Assembly: GCA_000708835.1 (NCBI GenBank)
Contig: DF236990.1
Coordinates: 62,001 to 126,000 of the forward strand
Source of the DNA: Klebsormidium nitens
Lineage: Eukaryota; Plantae; Klebsormidiophyceae
DNA length: 64,000 bases
Direction: 5' to 3'
Part shown: positions 1 through 10,449 of the stretch, in pieces
Position numbering within the stretch: position 1 is the stretch's first letter
Layout of the letters: every line of letters starts with the position of its first letter
Notes under the pieces: model-generated
The model's input: the letters and a program-made list of their open reading frames with translations, nothing else
Database searches by the model: none
Told to the model about the DNA's origin: nothing
Program-made: the position numbers and the translations under genes

Positions 1-2704
1 CATGATCAGAATATCGAAACCGCGAAAAAAGACAAGAGGTCCTTGTTGCATCTGAGTATGCTGATAATTGCAGATGCTTCACAGCAAATCAGATCCAACT
101 CACCTTTGAGCACAGCAATCTCTAAGCGGAGCCTCTTGATCTCTTCCCCCATCGTGGCAGGGTTCCCGAAGCAGTCCTCGTTGACGGTGGCCGTGTTACG
201 CATCATCTTGGCACGTTGCGCAAACTTGAGGGTGGACAGTGTCTCCTCCACGTTCTTCTCGGCAGGGCTGATGTTGGCAACCAGGCTGCATTTTGAATTC
301 CCTCCCAATGCATCCTGCAACACCAGAAATTGTCTTTGCTGAAAATAATTGTAATAAAAGAGAAATACCCCGCATGGTGATCGCACTCCCTCAGGATACT
401 GCTTCGTCAACAAAGAAGGTACCTACTTGAAAGCGAAAGGGCACCTAGCATCAGGGAACACACACTTTGAGAAGCGTTTTTACCTTCAGCAGGAAGGTCA
501 ACTTGGAGTCCCGATAAGGCACGTGCCGAATCTTTCCCTCCCCAGTATCCACCTGCAATCCAAGAAGGATTGCCTCAGTACATGTTTGTAAGACAATTTG
601 CCTGAGAACCATTGCAATACTTAGTTGCAGGTGATGTTCCAGCTTAGAGCCATCAGCAAGTATTGAGATTGCCCAGGAGTATGACAGATTCGACCACATC
701 TCCATCTTTGATGTTGGGAGTAATGAGATCCGGCTGCAAATGGAACCAGACCAGACCATGGAAAAGGTACTGACCAGGGCCTTGATGACATTGCCGAGTG
801 CAGACAACGATTTGTTGATGCCGCCAGCTTCTTTCAACCTGACCCCCATGGCCTCTGAATGCTTCTGCCTCTCGCTCCCCGCAAGGTCCACAAGGTAGAA
901 GCGACTGATGCGTTTTGTCATCATCCCTTTCTCCCCTCGTCTCTGCGGATGGAGCAGCGGAATAGCGGGGATCAAAAGAGGACTGCTTTCCTTCTCAAAA
1001 GAAGGCTTGGCTGCAAGGCAGACACGGCCTTTCGGCAAGATTGCATTTCAAAAGGAGAATGGATTGCTCTGCTGATGATTGGCGGGCGGAAGGTTACCTG
1101 CGACTCGACCACAACAGTGAACACTGCGTGGCTTCTGCTGCTCTCAGCATTCATTGCAGTCATGCCAACATGCCGGTTGGCAGACCCTCTTCGCAGCGTC
1201 CCATAGCAGGCTTCCGCGTTCGGAACAACAACTTCCTGGAGGCCTGCGGCATTGTAAGATATGTGTGAATGTCAGTTCAGGACCATGATCCTCTCGGTTT
1301 GCAACATGTAAACTTCTCCGCCATCAAGGACATCTTTTCATTATCAATTAGACAGAAGCGATGTCAGCGAGGGACAACCAGTCTTCAGAAGACAATGCAA
1401 TGATTGTCAGCTGAGAGCAGATGAGCATGACGAGAATGCTGGCATTCCAAAAACATGGACCAACAGCATGCTTGACCAAGTACTGCTTTGAAAAGTAGCA
1501 GCTGTATCCATAACAAAGAAGGAAATCCTACCTTCGACATAGTGCCCCCGTTTGACGTCTTCTCGAATGGTGAGGTTCGTTTGCTCGGGATCCAGAAGAT
1601 CGCTAACATTCTCGTTGTAGATTTGTAGATAGGAGCACTTGATTGCGTAATCCAGAGCACCACCATTCTGCAACGTATCACAGGCGTTAAGCTGCCTGCT
1701 CAAATATGCTTGAGATCAGAAAATGACCGGAAACACATCAATCGAAGCATTTCTGCTCAGGCTTCTGCAGGATGCAAGCACTGAATGTTGCGTTAATCAC
1801 ACCCTCATAGAATTAAGCAAATCGCAGAGGGTTCCCGAGCTCACCATCTCCTTCTCCTGGGCGGTCTTGGTAAAGATGTAGTCGAGCACTCTGGGAATGA
1901 GACCTCTGAGCTCAGAACTTGAGGGGTTCGGAGATCGATTCAATCCTTGCGTCACGTTGCTGACTTCCGCGTAGTCAGACGTTGGCCCTGCAGACCCCCA
2001 CCACCATCAGATTGGCACATGAAAGTACCCCAAAGGTGGTAAGCGAGCGCAATAACATTGTGAAGGAGTACTGCAGAAGAAAGCAAACTGCTCCTTTGAA
2101 TACTTGCCAACAATCTGCTCAGGTGCGCTAGCGAGCGCCTCACCTTCCATTGTGAAAGTCTTGCCTGCTCCTGTTTGACCTGCAGGCATGAAGCGGAGGT
2201 TAAGAGCAGGAAAGCTAGACGCCTAGCTCGTGCAATCAGCTCTCAAGATACTCATTGGTCGGATAGGCATGCGCAAAGTAGCAGAAGCTATAATATGATA
2301 GAAGTGCTTTGAGGATTAGGAGGAGAGGCAAGGCCTGGATATGAAGGAAGGTGCATGTCTAGCTCACCATATGCCAGTAGACAGCAGTGGTATCCTTGTA
2401 GACATGACTCGGCGATTGGTCTCCCGATCCTCTGAAACATGGTGTCCTGAGTTGTGGCTTCGTCAGCAACATAATCAAAGGTGAATGGACGTGATTGGGC
2501 CTTCTCTTTGAGGAAGAGACATGTCTCAGATGGATCGACGCTGACAGTCTTTGTGTACCCTTGCTCCTTCTCGCGATCATTGGGGGGCCTGACTCGAACA
2601 ACAACCTGAACATTGCTGTTACTCTGACTGGAGTGACCATTCAAGGACCCTGCTTGAGAGCCTGTCTCCGATCGATCATCCAAATCTGCACCAGGCGAAT
2701 CCAT
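1..2704 (-). CDS. Kinesin motor protein, kinesin-12 (KIF15/PAKRP/POK-like) family; spliced, 3' part runs off the left edge
   Basis: Joined exons give MDSPG...[32 protein letters not shown] (P-loop), [53 protein letters not shown] (switch I), [11 protein letters not shown] (switch II), [46 protein letters not shown]. First in-frame ATG at 2704 follows an upstream in-frame stop. Family assignment rests on the FAQRAK...VNED neck motif. Confidence 0.93.
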
Positions 2705-3719
2705 TGTCTTCTTCCAGAATACCTTCTGCAGCACTGATCAGCACTTCCTCTTCTTCAGATCTGTCCACAAACTGTTCAGAACATTCCTCCGTCAGACCTT
2801 TTCACTGCTTTGAGAATTCTCCTGTAATGTCAAACTCCAGAGTGCAAAACGCAGGACAACACGAAGACAGGCAGCTTCCGCAGCTCCACGCTCCTTGGCC
2901 TGTAAAGTCTTAATGCTCAACAGGTCAAATGGAGCCAGGAGAAGCCTGACGTAGGAGAATGGGTGCGCCCGCGCGCCCGATATCAGCAGCGTCTGGCGTC
3001 CAGCAGAAGCACTGCAGAATGACTAAGAGAGAAGCAACCTCCACCCTCCACACTTGTCAAATCTCAAGTCCTGTTTGTCCATCCGAATTAGAATCAGCAC
3101 TTGCTGGCTGCAGGATTCGTCCCTTCCCAGAGCCTTGTTTCAAACAAAGACATCGCTCATTTTGAAACCCTTTCCTCTTCGGGGCATTTGAGCGACCGTC
3201 CATCCCGCGTGCCAAAGAGCATATCGTCCTGCAGAGGACGGCCGTTAACCGCAAAAGCCCGATGCGCAGCGCGCGCGGAAATGCACGGAGTGGGCGCCGA
3301 GCGCGTTGGTTACAATAGAACCACCTGGAGGTACATTGGCCCGTCAACCCAGATTGCGTTACTTCCCAAGAAGAATGCACTCCCGGGCGTCAGAGAGGGT
3401 GAAATGAAACAACCAGTTGTAGCGGAGCTAACCGCGAACCGGGTTTTGCATTGAGCACCAAGCCAGATTTTGATTAGGGTTTGGTAGATCCTGCCGCGCA
3501 TGCATGGCAGGCTAGCAGGCTGGATTCCCAGGCTGAGCTGCACACTCTCCGATCCACCAGGCCTCCCCGGGCAGGACTCTAGTTTAGTGGATTAGTGAAT
3601 CAGTAGCCTGTATAGGTTGAGCTTTACTTTATTTTGGAGCATATGCTTTCCTAAGTTATGGAAGCAGTGATTCTAGGAGACCCACAGACTTGCAGCAGAT
3701 CCTCGGTTCGTTTGTTGAG

Positions 3720-3935
3720 AATGAGAGCTTCAGAGCCATGAATTCACAATGATCGAGTCGACGTTATAAGAGTATCACTCCTAGCTGCATATGGAGTACA
3801 GAGCATGTGCATGTCATCAAATTATGCAGTGACCCTCGATATCGATCAGATATCGATGTCCGTACAAGAGCCTCGCAATGCATTATCATGAGTACTTCGG
3901 ATCATGGGGCGCGGCGCCTCCAGTGCTAATTCTGC
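3720..3935. other. ApT/TpA-rich intergenic island with dense 4-8 bp palindromes
   Basis: Dense gatc/catg/gtac/atcgat words (e.g. tcgatatcgatcagatatcgatg at 3836-3858). Lies between the 3' end of gene copy A and the kinesin 5' region, directly outside the left end of the inverted duplication. Confidence 0.6.
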
Positions 3936-4469
3936 AGCAGGACCTTAGAGGGTCACTCCGTTGACGTTGACGTTGATAGCTGGCCCTTACTGCCCACAGC
4001 CGCCAGCTTTTTGAAAGATGGGGGAAAGATGTGCCTTACCAAACTTTGAAGCGTCGTTTTGACGGTGGGCGCTTCGATCACGTACCCCTTTGTGGGTACT
4101 CAGGCTAGATCTGTTATCTCGTTTTACCTCGTCCCTTTTAGAATATTTCGTTTTGATGACAAGCCCTAGCTTAGAACTCCTGTTCGCTGTGTGCGTTCCA
4201 CAGCTTACACTTCAATTGAAGCTCGCGGTGACGATCAGACTTAAACCTTCTGATTGCTACGCAGGTTCCATATCTTACATTGACACACGTTCGGCAACCC
4301 AGGAGCCAAGCTCTTGCACTTTTGCAGCTCTTGCTTTGCATACAAGCAACCACAATGAGGTCTTCCGACGATTGGTATGCTAGCAACTTTTCGCCGATTC
4401 TCATCTCGGTACAATTGCCCATCGAAGAGCTGCCCGCTTCAAATTTGAGGAGTCTAACACACTGGCTCT

Positions 4470-7400
4470 CTACTTGCAAACAAAGCTCGATCCAGAGTAC
4501 GAGCACGCCAGGAACCCCTTCTTCTGTGGTGCGCTTGAACGCAGCTTGCGCGACGCACTGATCACGCTGGGGGCTTCGGGTTGAACCGCCTGATGAATAG
4601 ACGTAAAGAACGAAAGCTCTTCAAACCCCATCCATCAACAGGTTTGCATCTTCGAAGGCTCTAATGAACCGCTCTTTTGCCTAACCAGGTTTGACGTGAC
4701 GGAGCACGACTCCATGATTCGAGCCGGGTTTGACTGTTACACAACCGGAGATGACCAAACGAGCAAGAAGTGAGTCCCGAGCTGAATCTGCCTGGGAACG
4801 ACCAAATCCTCTGCGGAGAGAGAGCGTTGTTTATCAAAATTATCTTGGATGTTTGCGAACGGGCTTTGATTACACCGGCAGCATCTCCATATTTTCTGTT
4901 GGACCACAAGTAGAAAAGAGGGGCTGCCGCCTCGTGATTCAACCGCTTCTCAGGTTGTAGAAACGTCCCAGGATTATTATACTGTCATGACGAAAGAAAA
5001 CCTAGCGACGCGGATCCGTTGGCCAAGCTCACCGTGGCAAAGCGGTCGTAGCTGCAGTTTGCGGACGTGAGGTCGGACGTCTCGTACTCTTCGTCCGCAC
5101 CCTCCGCGTACTCGCGGTGGTTCAGCCCCTCCTGAGTGACCATCTTCAGGCGAGCTTCCACAGCGCCAGGGGCGTACATCTGGCCCATGAACTGTGGGGG
5201 GAAAAACGGTCTGGATCTGCTTCGGATAATTTTCGTGTCCTCTTTATTCCTAGGCGATCATGTGATCGTACCTACCGAGGCTTGCGCGTAACGTGGCCGG
5301 TAAAGTGCAAAGGGAAGCGGGCCCACCACTTCATGTTTTGCCATGTTTCGTGGCATCCCGAGAGTGTCACTAGTTTGGAAGATATCAAGAAGCACATCGC
5401 GGGCGGAGTTTGATGCGCCGCAATCTCATGCCGAAGACGTTGCGAATCGGACGCTGTATATGTAGTACTGGCTGGAGCATAAACTGGGGGCTAAGTTTTG
5501 AGTTTGTAATTGAAGTCTGGAACGCTCAAAGACAGCTTGCCTTTAACATCAATCTTCGACTTACCTCGTCAGACGACTCTGCATTTAGATCCGAGTATCT
5601 CAGAGCGGAAATAAAGGAACGCTGAACCGTATTGCTTTCCACGCAGACGTAGCGCACAGCTTGCTGGCGCCAACAACAGGAAAAACCCACCGAAGAGATC
5701 CAGAGCGCCCACTTTCTGCTTGAGAGAACGGACTCTAACCCAAGCCGAGTCTACCATGACAATTTCCAGCCGACCGTCTTTCTGCTCTTGCCAGCTCGCC
5801 TTGCCTTCTCCCTAGAGCCTGGCTCGGCACTGATCCGGAGATCCGGCAGAAGTGCAATGTGGAACTTCGACGAGAAGGCAGATTGAGCGACTACTTTCAG
5901 ACAAGGGATTGGATTGAGATGCCAATAACCTCTCCTCGGGGACTTACCCCGTGCACCCCCGGGCCGACCGCCAGGCCCTTGACTGCCAGGTTGATGTAGC
6001 GCACGGGGGGACCTTCCGGTTGGTCCCGGAGCTCTGCATCCTCGGCGCGGCTGATCTCCACTTCGAGGAGGCCGTCCAAAGACACCACCAACTGGTCCGG
6101 AACGGCCGTACGTTCGATTCTAGCGATGCCGTCCGGGCTCGTCCAAGCGGCCTGGCGGAAGCGGGACGGAAACCGGTTTAGTCTTCTGATTCGTGGTACC
6201 TTAAGTTTCTGACGTTGGTCTGTGACACCAGCATGAGGATGGAGACTCAAGAGCTGTCTGATTGGATTTTGTGTTGGGCAGTGACAAAGACGACAGCAGC
6301 GCCCTTCCCCGCCATCGACCAGAAAAACGAATCTGAATTGGATTGGACGGCTTTTATGCTGAGGTCGGGATCCGAATAGGGCAGTACCTCTTATGAAAAC
6401 ATCATCACTGCTGGCAAGCAGCTGCTTTCCCGCACTCGCGGAACGGTGAGATACCGGCGGCAGGAGTCTTTCGCACCAACGGCCGGGAAGAAAGGGTAAG
6501 AAATGGGGTAGAAAAAAGCACAGAGAAGCGGAAGTGGAGTCGGAAAAACCGAATTAATAGGAAGGACTTAAATCGACAGAGACGGACACGTCTCTCAAAG
6601 CGGAACGAAACTTCTCGTCCAAAAGAAAACTGAGAATTTCTGATACGAGGTTTGATAGGGCTAAACATACCGTTTCCTGCTGACGTCACATACTCACGTC
6701 TTCGCTCGTCTCGACCGGCTCGTCTTCGAAGGTGACGTTGAAGGGGTGGACACTGACGTCAGCCAGCGTGCGGTCCAGCCAGACGGCGATGCGCTGCGTC
6801 TGCCCCTGGAGGTTCCGGTACACGAACCCGATTCCGTCGATCCAGGTGAATTGGAAGCACCGGCCGCCATGGTAGCGGTGCTCGGGAACTAGAGCGGTGG
6901 GAGCCAGGCTGAACATGTGCGCGTTCACCTGGCACAGGAAGAGAATAGTATTTACCAATTAGGCTTGATATGAGGTTGACTCCAAGTGCCCTTCTACTGA
7001 GAGATTGTGCTTCGACGTGCCTGGTTAAATTCCCTTCAAGCGATCGTGGTTAAGGACGAAGGGCCTTTGAGTTGGGCAGGAGATTCACAGCGGGAATCGT
7101 GGCTTTTAAAGTGGCGGGCGTGTGCTCCTGTGAGGTCCATCAAAGGCGTTTGCTTGCTAAAGCAGAGGCACGCGCGTGTGGTCAGAGCAGGACGTTGACG
7201 ACGTAGTCCTTGCTCTGCATCATACCGATCGGGCTTAATGTAGCTTAACCGGAGCTCAAACGGTCTTATCAGCTCAAGGACGAGTAGCCGAGCATTGGCT
7301 ATGGGGACTCAACGGCGCACAAACGGTACGACAGGACATCGGTATTCCCAGGTAAATTCTCTGGATACGGAAGAATCTGTTCAGCTCTCTGGTTTCTAGA

Positions 7401-8895
7401 GGAAACGGTTGAACTCTTTGGCTTCTGAAGAGTCGATTGAACTCTTTGGCTTCTATAGAACCACTTGAACTCCGGCTCACCGTAATTGTAGCAGTGGTGA
7501 TCATGCAGTAGGCCTTGCCCGCTGATCCGTGGAAGTCGAATGTGAAGTCAGTGACGTCAGTCTGGTTGGGCGGCACCAGGCCCGGGCAGGCTAACGTGCG
7601 GGTCGCCAACAACGACTGCACGTGAATTATCTGTTTTTGATCAAACTGGTCAGCTTAAGGGGGTTCAGAGCACTTCAACCGTTTTGTGTGGGCAAAAGTG
7701 GTCTTAAATAAGCTCGGTGAATCTATGGTTCAACGCCCGTCTAACCAGGTGCGGATGATGGGAAATTCTAATTTTCTGTCAATGGCATTTTAACTGAAGA
7801 TGGTTAAACTCGTTCTCTGCTGCATGTTGGAAGTTCCGTCGGTCACCATGAATCTGTCACCGGGTTATCGTGGATCAAGTCTCTCTGTACCTTTTGGGCA
7901 GTTCACCAAGTTCGTTCTTCGAACTCTCTTCCTACCGTTACAGGAGCTTCGTAACGAGATTGTTCAACCCAGCAGCCGTGGAACTTGCTTTAAGAACCGG
8001 GTTAGGAACCAGGTTAGGAAATGTTGAGTTTGGCGCAGGGGTGAGGATCCTTGGGGTTGGCGTTATATGAAGCCTAGTCTTGCACAAACGTCAAGGATTG
8101 CCCTAGTATAAAGCAAAGAACGTTTGTGCAATAACTTTCGAAGGCTCTTGTCTCAATTTTTCTGTGGCTTACCACACGTCCTGTAATGCTTGCAGGATTC
8201 TTAACTGAAATGCGGAAAGAGGGGCTCACTGCCACGCTACATGCATGGCATTCTTTGTTATATAGCTTGGAATTTTGGAAGCAAATGCAAAATAGGAAGT
8301 TTCGCAAATACTTTCTGACAAGCTTTGAAAGCATATGGTCGAAAGAATGAATCTGAGAAAGAGAGGACTCGACAAATTGGAGCAAAGCCATACTGCAGGG
8401 ACTAAGAGGAATGAAGAGCAAGAAGCACACAGACCACGGAGGGGCCAGGCGGGGCTTACTTCCGATTGGTCCACACCCAAATATAGTGCAGACATCTGGG
8501 GGAACACAGCAAAAGTTGCCCTTGCACAGTTCTTGCGAGCAACAGTACAAAAAGGCCGGCAGGAACCGAAGGACGAAAACCCGCGACCTGGAACAACAGA
8601 CTGTGGTCGACTCAATGAGATTTCCATCTCCATCTGGTGGAAATGTGTAGGCGCACAACTGGGAGGGGTTGTCAGTGCAGCACACCCCGCCGCAGCACCC
8701 TTGGCGGGGGAAAGGGCTAAAGCTAATTCCGACGGGTAAAGCGCAGCACTGGTCGTTGCAGCATGACTCCCCCTCGGAGCAGGTTGCCGTGCCGCAGTTG
8801 GTCTGGGCGACTGTGGCACGGGGGAGGGAAGCAACCAGGCAGAGAATGCAGGCAGCTACAAAGGGCCAGGATTGGTTGAAGAGAAGAGGCGCCAT
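4470..8895 (-). pseudogene. Copy A: secreted protein with signal peptide, Cys-rich (CC doublet) domain and root-cap/LEA-related (VWD-like) domain; +1 frameshift, so probable pseudogene or sequencing error
   Basis: ATG 8895, MAPLLFNQSWPFVAACILCLVASLPRATVA then 20 Cys. Later exons: GDPH...FTFDFHGSAGKAYCMIT | VNAHMF...FTWIDGIG | AAWTSPDG...YINLAVKGL...GVHG | FMGQMYAPG...YETSDLTSANCSYDRF | ...LACSYSGSSFVCK* (last exon 4589-4470). This follows the motif order of plant root-cap proteins (FYFHG, INAHF, FTW, VHGVLGQTY, Y.TS.L...DC..RF, C-terminal VCK/R). An extra base at 7584-7586 puts GDPH out of frame with FDFHG. The linker exon(s) near 8100-7930 are unresolved. Confidence 0.75.
7380..7480. repeat. 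Intronic ~28-bp tandem repeat (3-4 diverged units), also present in copy B at 12124-12195
   Basis: ttgaactctttggcttct at 7409-7426 and 7437-7454 plus degenerate units. Copy B has the reverse-complement-like units aaaagccagagagtttaa and agaaaccagagagttcaa. Confidence 0.7.
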
Positions 8896-9540
8896 ATCAG
8901 CGGGCGGAGATTTGGTGAAAACGACGTTGCGTCGTTTCCACGTTGGAGCTGGACCCCGAGCTGGACATAAACCAGGACATGAACCGGGGAGAAGTAAAGC
9001 ACAGAAGAGCTTTGGAGATGATCCGCTGCTGGCTTCGCATTCTTGACGCCAGCTCAGAGAAAGCCAGCTGCCTCTTCAGCAGGAAAAGATGGGCCGACCA
9101 GCTGTCAAACAGTGTTCTTTCACTGTGAGTCACTATTGACAGTACTGTGTACGTCGGCCGTCCCTGGCCAGGTGACGATCAGCGTACTGCTTTCTGAGGC
9201 ACGTCCAATCCACCAGCTGGAGTTCCCAGCTGCATCTGCCATCCATCCGTTCATCCGCGCTGCATGGCACATGCTATTAAAGTTATAAGCTAGGGTTGGG
9301 TACCCGGTCCCGTGTTTGTCGACTACTGGCGTCCCGTACTAGTTTTTGTAGCACCACCATGGAGGCGGTAGGTATGTACTACCTACTATGTACTGTATTT
9401 GCTTGTAACATCCAAACGTCAACAGTGAACACTCAAGAGACTGATTGAGTTGTACATAGGTACCTATGCTGGCCGGGTACTGCAAATCACATGATCAACT
9501 AGGTAGCTGCGATATTAAAACAGTCTGTGTGAATTGTCAA

Positions 9541-9805
9541 ACCCCCTGGCCTGGTGGGCGCTGCTATCGAACATTTCGACTCAGAGTCGGACGGTGCTGA
9601 GGCCGCGGGGCCCAAGCCGCGATCGATCTTTGCCCTGGGCCCGGGGATCTCTGGCCGGGCAAGGGGGCCCGGCGCCGCCCGGGGGATCGCCGATTCGCCG
9701 TACGATTACCGAATTTGGCCCGGTTCGCGGGCGCGCGCGGCGGACTCGGAGGCTTCCAATCATCCGATCGAACGGTCGGAATGTCGTAGCTCGCGCCGGG
9801 GGGGG
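9541..9805. repeat. GC-rich imperfect inverted repeat (fold-back or MITE-like) near the axis of the large duplication
   Basis: Left end ccccctggc...gcgctgctatcgaacatttcgac...gtcggacgg aligns with the reverse complement of the right end (cccccccggcgcgagctacgacattccgac...atcggatga). Much more GC-rich than its flanks. No TSD recognised. Confidence 0.55.
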
Positions 9806-10449
9806 CTGCGCCCGGTGTGTCGTGACTATTGATCGACAATCAAAAGACCGACTGTCTTGGAAGTTGGCAGGCTTCAGCTGGTAGGTACCGCGGGCTTTAG
9901 CCGCGTCGTTTTGAGTACTCTCTATTATGACCGTGCGACATCTACCGTACGGTAAATGCATAATGATCCCCGAGGTCTCGGAGTTGTCCGTCACCGGTGA
10001 CTCGTGCCATCATTGACCAGCTGCAACGTGACATCATGCCACGGCAGGTGGGCGGTGAGATTGTGCCTTGGAATTCTGTGAGTGGCAGTAGCTCGTCACC
10101 TCCTTCCATGTACCGGTAGACATGTATAAACTTCACGCTAGCTGATACGAACTTACTGTATCTCAGGCTCTGCCAATCATACTGTTGTGAAGTTCTCCGG
10201 CTGGCATCAAAGTCGAAGCTCATACATCTAAGTTGTCGCAAACGCACCCACGGCCGACATAGGTAGTAGTAGTACTACCTAGTGCCCACTACAGTGGTTC
10301 AGAACGAATCAAGGATAAAACCTGCGCGCGCACTTCTTATGTACTCTTAGATGTAACTAGGTAGTCATTAGATGTAACTCTATCGATAGACGAAGCTTCA
10401 CCGTTACGAGCTAAACGGAGCTGCTGGGTACATGAGATACTACCTTCGA

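Larger units (their letters stand above)
3937..9095 (-). repeat. Left arm of a large diverged inverted duplication (partner 10450-15820)
   Basis: Reverse complement aligns collinearly with 10450-15820 in exons, introns, 5' flank (ccatcttttcctgctga vs ccatcttctcctgctga) and 3' flank (cgttttgacggtgggcgcttc vs cgttttgacaatgggcgcttc). 3937-3959 is the exact reverse complement of 15798-15820. Confidence 0.9.

Noticed and set aside
3236-3250. MSA-like AACGG element upstream of the kinesin-12 gene
   Set aside because: Single partial match to a short motif; expected by chance.
9534-9994. Several overlapping ORFs of 90-137 aa on both strands
   Set aside because: Expected from a very GC-rich hairpin with few stop codons; Arg/Pro/Gly/Ala-rich with no motif.
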